A stretch of DNA of 64,000 nt, taken from positions 1-64,000 of the IMG/VR virus record IMGVR_UViG_3300043539_002606; one strand, given 5' to 3'. Of this stretch, positions 1 to 7,409 are shown in pieces. The DNA comes from a virus. Position 1 is the first letter of the stretch. Each line of letters starts with the position of its first letter. Position numbers and translations under genes: made by a program. A model generated the notes under the pieces. That model saw only the letters and a list, made by a program, of their open reading frames with translations, ran no database searches and was not told the origin of the DNA.

Positions 1-171
1 GCATAGGCCATAGGCACTATGCTCTTCTAATAGATTTGCCTTTCTTTTTACAATAAGCTCAAGTTTGCGTTTACTTGGCAGCAATTCCTTTATGGCAAAA
101 TCTATTGATTTTTTTACGATAGCCTTAAGTGTCGGATCATCCTTAAATCCATATATTCTTATGCGTATCAT
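1..171 (-). CDS. Hypothetical protein, N-terminal part only (runs off the window edge)
   Basis: Manual translation from the ATG at 171: MIRIRIYGFKDDPTLKAIVKKSIDFAIKELLPSKRKLELIVKRKANLLEEHSAYGLC, with no stop before base 1. Not in the ORF track. Confidence 0.6.
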   Translation of the reverse strand, partial: MIRIRIYGFKDDPTLKAIVKKSIDFAIKELLPSKRKLELIVKRKANLLEEHSAYGLC

Positions 172-188
172 AATCTATCTATGCTAAT

Positions 189-217
189 AAAAAAGGGCTG
201 AGGTTTCCCCCAGCCCC
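189..217 (-). terminator. Rho-independent terminator after the ATPase gene
   Basis: Minus strand GGGCTGGGG-GAAA-CCTCAGCCC followed by TTTTTT. Confidence 0.8.
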
Positions 218-232
218 TATCAACCCATAAAA

Positions 233-1771
233 TTAGGCGTATAATTTAATCATTTCAGCTAGCGCTGCACCATCAATACTAACTCCGGCTGCACTTGCTC
301 CTGCTGCCATATTAAGACCGCGTTGAAGTTTTCGGAAGTTAGCAGTTTGTTTGCTCTTGCCTGCTTTAAGCAATGTAATAACCTCTTTGCGTTTTGCCGA
401 GCTAAGTACTAGACCGTCTGCAATTTCCATATCGTCAACGATTTTTTCCATGTGCTCATAGACTTCTTCGTCGGTTGGATCAATGTCAATCATAAACGCA
501 CGTGTACGAATAGCACCATCTGGATCGAGTTTATCCATGCTTAGGTTACTAATAAAGATAATACGACCTGTAAATTCGAAATAGCGAGGTATCAAGCCCT
601 GATCGAGAATCTCTTCATCAGTCATATCCTCGTCTGGATCAACAACGTTTTTACCCATTTTGTTCCAAACAAGTTTACGCTTTTTCTTTGTATCAGTTGC
701 TGCTTTAATAATGTTGCGGCTTTCTTGATCTTTTAGTGCATCGTCACTGTCGTCAAACAAGATAACTTTATCTTTATATTTGAATAGCAAGCTATACATA
801 CCAGCTGCTGTTGCGCTGCCTGTATTTTTGAAATAGCCAGCACCGTCTCTAAGTCCAGCCTGTTTTAGGATCTTTTCAACGCCGTGTGTTTTACCAACAC
901 CGCCGCGACCAGCAATAAAGAGAGCATTGCTTGCACCGCTAATGGTCATGCGAATAAGGTTTTCCATGTGCTCAAGCTGCTTTTCATATACAAGACGCTC
1001 TACATTGTCTTCAATTTGTTTTTCTTTTGCGCTCGGTGTATATTCCTCATCGCTGCTTCCTTTACGAACACTTACTTTAACGCAACCAAGTTTTGTAAGA
1101 ATACGCTCTTTATCGTCTTTGAATTTCTTAAGATCAGCTTTTGTACCAACAAAGGCAAACTTGTTGCCGTTCTTTGTGATTACATCTTCGCTTGCATTTG
1201 CAACAAGATAGTCAAAGATTTTTTGGCCAGCACTGCGATATGCTTTATATACAGCAAGACGACTAAACTTAGGATCAGTGAGCATGTCAACAACACCATC
1301 AAAAATGTCGTTCATATCGCTTGATGCACTCTCAACAATAAAGTTAGGCTTATATTGCAATGCGCTCTCATTAAGCTCTACTTCGTTTGGCATTGTCCAG
1401 CCATCTTTCATATTAGAGCCAGTCAATACAGCAGCCGCAATTGGCAATGTCTTTACAAGACTAACCTTTTTATCAAACTCAATAGTTTTCTTTGATTTTC
1501 CGTTAAAGACGTCAATGCTTTGCAAAGCCATCATGTTAACATTCTTGCTCGACCAGTTAAAACGAACGCTCTGATCACCAGCTTTGCTATAGAGACGAAT
1601 GCCATGGCCGCTGTGATCGCCGCTGCTAAACTTCTCAATTCCAGGATATCTGAAAAACTTTGTACCAGTCTTCTTGTTTAGATAGCTAATAATAATCTTT
1701 ATTGCTCCATCAATAGAGCTGACATCAAGCTCTTCTTTTAAATATTCACTAAATGATAATGTTGTCTGCAT
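233..1771 (-). CDS. P-loop/AAA-type ATPase with a long N-terminal extension; late-expressed, possibly capsid-packaged
   Basis: Walker A GRGGVGKT and Walker B ILFDDSD; N-terminus LSFSEYLKEE; TATAAATA 6 nt upstream of the ATG. Confidence 0.75.
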   Translation of the reverse strand: MQTTLSFSEYLKEELDVSSIDGAIKIIISYLNKKTGTKFFRYPGIEKFSSGDHSGHGIRLYSKAGDQSVRFNWSSKNVNMMALQSIDVFNGKSKKTIEFDKKVSLVKTLPIAAAVLTGSNMKDGWTMPNEVELNESALQYKPNFIVESASSDMNDIFDGVVDMLTDPKFSRLAVYKAYRSAGQKIFDYLVANASEDVITKNGNKFAFVGTKADLKKFKDDKERILTKLGCVKVSVRKGSSDEEYTPSAKEKQIEDNVERLVYEKQLEHMENLIRMTISGASNALFIAGRGGVGKTHGVEKILKQAGLRDGAGYFKNTGSATAAGMYSLLFKYKDKVILFDDSDDALKDQESRNIIKAATDTKKKRKLVWNKMGKNVVDPDEDMTDEEILDQGLIPRYFEFTGRIIFISNLSMDKLDPDGAIRTRAFMIDIDPTDEEVYEHMEKIVDDMEIADGLVLSSAKRKEVITLLKAGKSKQTANFRKLQRGLNMAAGASAAGVSIDGAALAEMIKLYA

Positions 1772-1777
1772 ATTTCT

Positions 1778-1785
1778 TATTTATA
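1778..1785 (-). promoter_or_regulatory. T4-type (gp55-dependent) late promoter
   Basis: Perfect TATAAATA, 6 nt before the ATG at 1771. Confidence 0.75.
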
Positions 1786-1793
1786 CTTTTTAT

Positions 1794-3191
1794 TTATTCA
1801 ACAGTGAAATCTTTAAAGTCATTGACCTTACGTGATTTATTAGAAAATGGGCTGCTCACAACTGGATTTGAAGTTGGGCTTGCTGCATTAATTAGATTTG
1901 CAGTAGGATCTGCAATATCATAGAGCCTCATTTTTGCTCGATCAAGACCAACTGTAAATCTCTTATTTTTGGATATATCATTATAACGATTTTTAAGTTG
2001 TTTGATCATAAGCTGACCCATACTTTCAAGCTGTTCAGTGCTTAGCAATGCAAGAAATAAGTCTGCTGTAGCTGGCAAACCAAAGCTCTCACTTGTATCT
2101 GTAAGCTCCATATCACTGCTGCTTGCGCCTTGGCGATTAACTTGTGTTGCAGTCCAGATCGGCACGTTATTTTCAACAGCAAGACCACGTAATTCTTCAG
2201 CAATTGCTTTTACGAGACTATATGTGTTAACACCACCGCTTAGACCTTTGATTCTGCTGCTTGCACAAATATTCAAATAGTCAATAAAAATTACATCGGC
2301 CTTGAAATTCTTTTTAAGAGCTAGCTCGTTAATGAGTGCTCTAAAGTGTCCAGCGTGTGCGCTCGCAGTGGGATATTCCTTAATAAGAAGTTTGCCTCTT
2401 GTCTTTTTAGCAAGATCACCTATCTTACTTGAGAAGCTGCTTTCACTTAGATTTTTTAGTTGATCAATTCGAGTATCAAGCAGATTGGCATCAATACGTT
2501 CAGCGATTCTCTCCTCTGCCATTTCCATGGTAATATAGAGAACATTCAAACCCTGCGAGAGATATGAACTTGCAAAGTGACACATAACCAAACTCTTACC
2601 AACACCAGTGCCTGCCATGAGCAGGTTAAGAGTCTTGCGACCTACTCCACCGTTTGTAATGGTATTGAGCATATCAACATCAAAAGCAATCTTATCTTCT
2701 TTTTTATGATAAAAGTCATAGCGAGCAGCAGCATTGTCAATATAATCATGACCAACGTTTGTATCAAAGCAAACACTAAGTGCACTGCTTAGTAACTCAG
2801 GGATCATGCCTTCTGTTTTATTAGATCGCTTGCCATCAATAATAGCAATGCTCTCCATTACAGCATTAAAGACTGCTCGATCTTTACACCATTTTTCGGT
2901 GTTTTCGAGCAACCATTCTCTATCTGTTTCAAGTGGAGTTGCAAAGCCAGTTAGATGTTTTGCAATCTCAGAGATATGTGGACTATTGACAATATCCGCA
3001 TTCTGGCATTCAACAGCCAGACTTGTTGCATTTGGTCTATTATTATATTTTGTGATATATGCATCAATGAGTTTAAACGTTTCCTTTGATGCTCCTTCAA
3101 AATATTCTGCCTTTAAATGTGGCAGCGCAGTTCTGCAAAATTCTTCATTTGTTACGAGATTATTAAGAATGATTTCTTCAATGCTGTGCAT
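1794..3191 (-). CDS. gp41: Replicative DnaB-like helicase
   Basis: AGTGVGKS Walker A, YITMEMAEERIAERIDAN, IFIDYLNIC, SESFGLPATAD and KQLKNRY motifs; uvsX-40-41 synteny. Confidence 0.97.
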   Translation of the reverse strand: MHSIEEIILNNLVTNEEFCRTALPHLKAEYFEGASKETFKLIDAYITKYNNRPNATSLAVECQNADIVNSPHISEIAKHLTGFATPLETDREWLLENTEKWCKDRAVFNAVMESIAIIDGKRSNKTEGMIPELLSSALSVCFDTNVGHDYIDNAAARYDFYHKKEDKIAFDVDMLNTITNGGVGRKTLNLLMAGTGVGKSLVMCHFASSYLSQGLNVLYITMEMAEERIAERIDANLLDTRIDQLKNLSESSFSSKIGDLAKKTRGKLLIKEYPTASAHAGHFRALINELALKKNFKADVIFIDYLNICASSRIKGLSGGVNTYSLVKAIAEELRGLAVENNVPIWTATQVNRQGASSSDMELTDTSESFGLPATADLFLALLSTEQLESMGQLMIKQLKNRYNDISKNKRFTVGLDRAKMRLYDIADPTANLINAASPTSNPVVSSPFSNKSRKVNDFKDFTVE

Positions 3192-3459
3192 ATTTTTCAG
3201 TTAAAATGTTGTGTAGTATTTTGTTCATAATTATTTTAAAATCGTCATCTAGTTCTAGTTCAGATGTGCATTCATAGAGTTCATTGCCATTCTCGATTTT
3301 AAAACTATAGTGCAGTGTAGCACTATCTTCATTCTCAGTTACGCTTACGCTTGAGTAATAGTATTTAATGCCAGCATATTCACCAGTTAGTAATTCAATG
3401 CTAGTGTGCTTTTCATCATGAGTGCTTGGCACTAATTTATAATGTTTGTTTTCAATCAT
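3178..3459 (-). CDS. gp40: gp40-like head vertex assembly chaperone (probable start MIENK at 3459)
   Basis: Small acidic protein between uvsX and gp41, the position of T4 gene 40. The longer start at 3477 falls inside a hairpin. Confidence 0.5.
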   Translation of the reverse strand: MIENKHYKLVPSTHDEKHTSIELLTGEYAGIKYYYSSVSVTENEDSATLHYSFKIENGNELYECTSELELDDDFKIIMNKILHNILTEKYAQH

Positions 3460-3466
3460 AAAAATT

Positions 3467-3487
3467 AGGGGAGACATTGTCTCCCCT
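3467..3487. terminator. Stem-loop after uvsX (terminator or processing site)
   Basis: AGGGGAGACA-T-TGTCTCCCCT inverted repeat with A/T flanks. Confidence 0.65.
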
Positions 3488-3498
3488 TTAGGTTAAGA

Positions 3499-4536
3499 TT
3501 AATTTTCTTCTTCTTCGAAAAGGGCTACACCGCCAAGTTTATAGTTTTGTTCAATCTTGTCTTTAAAGTTAGTTTGATTAAATAGCAAATCCCAGAATTC
3601 TTTATTTTCTGTATCAGCAGCTCTTAAATTACCAGTCAATGGACTTGATGTTTCAGGATTATAAGCCATATACCAACCATTTTTTGGTTTTTGCACATAG
3701 CCAAGTTTAAGAGCTAGCTCGAGCAAGCCACTCCATTTGCTTACACCATGTTCATAGGTAACAAGCAAAGGAATTTTACTGCCTTCACGAACTGTTCGGC
3801 TCTTTTCAATCTTGATATTGAATTTGAATCCAATTAGATCTGTGCCATCCTTTTCTTGAGAACGACTAATAAACCAAATAGCATTAGCACCATAATATGC
3901 GCCTTTACCACCAGACAAAATAGTTTTGCCATACATCTTTTGCTCTTCATAGGTATGTCCAATTGCAATCATTGGAATATCTTTAAGAGTAAGATATGGT
4001 GTGATCATACGGAAAAGACCTTTAAGCGCTTTAGCGCGACTCATATCAGCAGCGCTATTCTCATTCACTGCATCATCAATTTCCTTTTTACTTGCGATAT
4101 TACCAAAGCTATCAAGAATAATAAAGACTTTTTCTTTTTTATCAATAGTTTCAAGTTGATTAACAATATCAAACTTAAGCTCTTCGATATTTTTTACTGG
4201 AATATGCAGCACTCGATTTGTATCAATGCCAAATGTTTCAAAATAGCTTTGTGGACTGCCAAACTCACTATCATAAAACATCAATACACCATCATCATTT
4301 GCTTTTAGCCATGCCGCTGCCATAAGCAAGCTTAATGTACTCTTAAAGCTTTTGCTATCACCAGCAAAAATGGTTAATCCATTTGTGATGCCTCCATCAA
4401 TCTTTCCACTTAGGCCAACATTTAGCATTGGCACGCCAACACTAATTAACTCCTTTGCTTCAAAGAATGACGAATCAGCCAACACTTCTGCCTCTTTAAC
4501 TCGGCAGTTCTTTTTTAGTTTCTCTAATAATGACAT
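3499..4536 (-). CDS. uvsX: RecA-like recombinase
   Basis: AGDSKSFKS P-loop, FYDSEFG, DSFGNIASKKE and ADMSRAKALKGLFR motifs. Confidence 0.96.
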   Translation of the reverse strand: MSLLEKLKKNCRVKEAEVLADSSFFEAKELISVGVPMLNVGLSGKIDGGITNGLTIFAGDSKSFKSTLSLLMAAAWLKANDDGVLMFYDSEFGSPQSYFETFGIDTNRVLHIPVKNIEELKFDIVNQLETIDKKEKVFIILDSFGNIASKKEIDDAVNENSAADMSRAKALKGLFRMITPYLTLKDIPMIAIGHTYEEQKMYGKTILSGGKGAYYGANAIWFISRSQEKDGTDLIGFKFNIKIEKSRTVREGSKIPLLVTYEHGVSKWSGLLELALKLGYVQKPKNGWYMAYNPETSSPLTGNLRAADTENKEFWDLLFNQTNFKDKIEQNYKLGGVALFEEEEN

Positions 4537-4542
4537 ATCTCT

Positions 4543-4571
4543 ATCTTATACTGTTTTTTCGTATTGTAAAC
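4543..4571 (-). promoter_or_regulatory. Early sigma70-type promoter for uvsX
   Basis: GTTTAC-17 nt-TAAGAT; ATG 6 nt downstream. Confidence 0.6.
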
Positions 4572-4911
4572 CTAATTTTCTATTTAAAAAGTCCCTATCA
4601 GGACTTTGACCTTGCATTTGCCCTCGCGAATATTCAACTGCAAAGCTACAATAGTTAATAGTATCTTTAAAACTATCTTCAATACTCTCAAAGTTTGGAG
4701 AGTAGTTTGGATCATGTTGCATCGCTTCAATGACACTACGAATACGCAGCATTTTAGCCCAAACAATATCAAGCAGTGTGCTTACTCCATTTGGATAATA
4801 GTCAGCTTGTTGAATGCTGCTATATGGATTCTGATAATCATTTCCCTTTTTGAGTTGTAATTCTACACACTCTCGTAATACCTTTACGCTTTCTTTTTCT
4901 TCTAGTCTCAT
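4546..4911 (-). CDS. DUF1599 / nucleotide-modification-associated domain 1 (Nmad1)-like all-alpha protein (probable start 4911)
   Basis: KKGNDY...K.LRI...SIEDSFKDTINY pattern; directly downstream of gp42. Confidence 0.7.
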   Translation of the reverse strand: MRLEEKESVKVLRECVELQLKKGNDYQNPYSSIQQADYYPNGVSTLLDIVWAKMLRIRSVIEAMQHDPNYSPNFESIEDSFKDTINYCSFAVEYSRGQMQGQSPDRDFLNRKLGLQYEKTV

Positions 4912-4912
4912 G

Positions 4913-5593
4913 TTATTTTTGTTTATAAATTTCTCCAGTTTTTGCATAGTGTTCAACAAGATAAAACTGTCTTTCGTATAGATGTAAATTACCAACTTGC
5001 CAGACTATATCTCCAGGCAAGATGCCAAGATCATCAGCTAGCGCATGTTGAACGTGACATTGCCATGCATAGTCATTGCGATAGCCAGCCCATGCATCAT
5101 TGCTTCGCATCTGCACAACTGTTTGCAAGCGACCATCGCGAATTTGATATTGTACTGTATTTGTACAAATGAAATCGCTCATGCCATCTGTATTATATTC
5201 ATAGTGCATACTTGGTCGAGTATAGATCATAACAGCGCGACGGCTATTAGGATTAGTTCTTAATTCAAGCAATACGTTTTGATATTGATTATAGTTCTTT
5301 TCGTGCCAAACCAAATAGCCATAGTTGCTGTTAATATATCCACCTTTACTTGCTACTTGTTGCCAGATCTTTGGCACATCACCCGGAATATCATCTACTC
5401 TTAGACTTTGAGAGAGATACCATGCCAGTTCGCGTGTGACATAATCTTCGTTGACTTCACCGAAAATACTTGGCTCATCAGCAATAAAACTAGCGCCCAA
5501 TATTTCGATTGTTTTGCAACCAGTCTTATCAGTTGTAAACTGTCCTGAATTATAGGCAGTTAAAAAATTATTTCTTATATCTGTTATCAACAT
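4913..5593 (-). CDS. gp42: dCMP hydroxymethylase (thymidylate synthase family); probable start 5593
   Basis: Long blocks match T4 gp42 as recalled: DKTG.KTIEI.GASF.ADEP.IFG, PKIWQQVAS, INSNYG, IYTRPSM, DGMSDF.CTNTVQY, MRSND...G.RNDYAWQ. It has Asp (dCMP-specific) rather than the Asn of thymidylate synthase. Confidence 0.92.
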   Translation of the reverse strand: MLITDIRNNFLTAYNSGQFTTDKTGCKTIEILGASFIADEPSIFGEVNEDYVTRELAWYLSQSLRVDDIPGDVPKIWQQVASKGGYINSNYGYLVWHEKNYNQYQNVLLELRTNPNSRRAVMIYTRPSMHYEYNTDGMSDFICTNTVQYQIRDGRLQTVVQMRSNDAWAGYRNDYAWQCHVQHALADDLGILPGDIVWQVGNLHLYERQFYLVEHYAKTGEIYKQK

Positions 5594-5597
5594 AGAT

Positions 5598-6011
5598 TTA
5601 TACATAACGGTTAATTGTTGCACGATTATCAAGCAACATGATCATATAACGGCGATCAAATTCTTGGATCTTTTCAATTGCTGCGCACAAATTTTGTTCA
5701 TCAATTTTGCCGTGAATATATTCCAATTCAGTTTCAATAAGCCAATTGACCATAAGCTCACGATCGTTATTTAGATATTCGATAAATTCTTCAAAATCTA
5801 TACGAGTTTGATCAGTTGGCCAAATATAATCACCAGCTAAAGTTTCTGTTATATGCTTATAGAAAGTTTCACCTGCTTTAAACAAATGACATCTAATGTC
5901 ATCGTTTTCTGCGACAATGAGACAATCAATTGCATTTGACAATTCATGGCTTGTTGTTTGCATATCTTTTGTTTTTATCATATTGTTATGGAATGTATTA
6001 TAGTCTATCAT
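5598..6011 (-). CDS. Hypothetical protein (true start probably 5981 or later, downstream of the promoter)
   Basis: Fills the gap between gp42 and the primase-like gene; no recognisable motif. Confidence 0.6.
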   Translation of the reverse strand: MIDYNTFHNNMIKTKDMQTTSHELSNAIDCLIVAENDDIRCHLFKAGETFYKHITETLAGDYIWPTDQTRIDFEEFIEYLNNDRELMVNWLIETELEYIHGKIDEQNLCAAIEKIQEFDRRYMIMLLDNRATINRYV

Positions 6012-6030
6012 GTTTTTTGTATTTTGTAAA
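6002..6030 (-). promoter_or_regulatory. Early promoter driving hypothetical-gp42-Nmad1
   Basis: TTTACA-17 nt-TAGACT with extended -10 TGn. Confidence 0.6.
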
Positions 6031-6038
6031 TCATAAAA

Positions 6039-6983
6039 TCATATTAAAACGCTTTCAATTGCCCAATTAAGAGCTCTTTGGCTTTCAGTATGCAAATCTC
6101 GGCTTTTATACCAGCCTCCAGTATCGGCGTCAAGTTGTTTAGCAATCATTTCAAGATCATATGCACTTATATCAAAGCCTCGTTTGAGGGCATTTGCGGC
6201 TGTTGAGCAGAGTATAAGATACATCTTATGATACCAACCACTCGTAGTTAGTGCTCGATATTCTGCAACTGCTTTTTTATTAACAAACGGACAATCAACA
6301 TAGCTGCTCCATTTAGCATTGCGATTTAAACGCTGACGCTGATAATCAAGCAACTTTTGTTTAATCTCATCACTTAGTTGTGCCTTAAAGCTTGTGCTCT
6401 TGAAACTATTGTCATTATACTCAACACTTGCGAGAAGTTCATCAACTTTAATAGGCTCTCCGTTAAAACTATGGAAAAAACTATATGCTTGTGGATATTG
6501 TGCAGGCACATAATACATGCGACTAAGATCTTTAGTTTGTGGATCTCCTAGTTCATTATATCTCTTATTAAGCGCATACCAAAAATGTTTGATTTCACCA
6601 GCTGCGATATCTCGATCGCATGCTAAGACTATTCTAAACTTAGCATGTTCAGCACGACTGCTTGAGCTGTTATAAACCACACACTGACAATCCTTAAAGG
6701 TATCAATAACGCTTTGAGCATCACCATTATAGTCATCAATATCGAGTGCAGCCCAACCAGCCCAGCATTCAACATTGGCATTTGCTCGTGTTGAATCTCG
6801 TTTATAAACAGCTGGACTAATTAGTGGACTGCCCTGTCGTCTTTCATCGCGTTTGGGTTTATAGCCAGGCTGAGTGTATAGATTATGCAAACATTCAACA
6901 AACTGTTCCCAGTTTTCAAACTCACCATGTCGATGAGTCTTGTTATCAAAAATTGATTTGAATATTGTAAAACCTATTTTCAT
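6039..6983 (-). CDS. Archaeo-eukaryotic primase (AEP/PrimPol)-like protein with a helical C-terminal domain
   Basis: hhhDhD motif WAALDIDD, VYNSSSS...KFRIVL, and DPQTKDLSRMYYVP. Confidence 0.7.
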   Translation of the reverse strand: MKIGFTIFKSIFDNKTHRHGEFENWEQFVECLHNLYTQPGYKPKRDERRQGSPLISPAVYKRDSTRANANVECWAGWAALDIDDYNGDAQSVIDTFKDCQCVVYNSSSSRAEHAKFRIVLACDRDIAAGEIKHFWYALNKRYNELGDPQTKDLSRMYYVPAQYPQAYSFFHSFNGEPIKVDELLASVEYNDNSFKSTSFKAQLSDEIKQKLLDYQRQRLNRNAKWSSYVDCPFVNKKAVAEYRALTTSGWYHKMYLILCSTAANALKRGFDISAYDLEMIAKQLDADTGGWYKSRDLHTESQRALNWAIESVLI

Positions 6984-7387
6984 ACAAGTTCAGAAAAACG
7001 GCCATGATTGCCGCTATGATTTGGTGGTTGCCAGCCTTCTGGCTTAATTAAGTCTGGAAGACCAAAGGCATTTGGTCGACTTGCTTTTACGCCAACCTCT
7101 TTATTCATATTTGCAGCAAGTACTTCATTCCATGCTGCATGACTATCAACACCAAAAAGATCAAGTGTGCCGATCGCGACAACACAAAGATCAATCAATG
7201 CATCAACTGTTTCTTCAGAATCACGACGCGTAATTGCTTCTTGCAATTCAGCTAGCTCTTCTGCTAGAAAGCTTACTCTAAATTTAATAAACTCATGTAG
7301 CAGCTCTGGCGAAAGAGTCGCCATTTTAGCTTTTACATTATAATGCTCATGCATCTTTTCAATATCTTCTACCCAGTTTTGTGACAT
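6980..7387 (-). CDS. MazG/PRA-PH-like all-alpha NTP pyrophosphohydrolase (candidate dCTPase/dUTPase)
   Basis: EELAEL...ETVDALIDL acidic motif, ANMNK, and DLIKPEGWQPP C-terminus. Confidence 0.8.
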   Translation of the reverse strand: MSQNWVEDIEKMHEHYNVKAKMATLSPELLHEFIKFRVSFLAEELAELQEAITRRDSEETVDALIDLCVVAIGTLDLFGVDSHAAWNEVLAANMNKEVGVKASRPNAFGLPDLIKPEGWQPPNHSGNHGRFSELV

Positions 7388-7409
7388 ATATTTTTTTAGT
7401 TATTTGTTA

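Noticed and set aside
4913-5632. Annotation as ordinary thymidylate synthase
   Set aside because: It carries gp42-specific blocks and Asp rather than Asn at the specificity position
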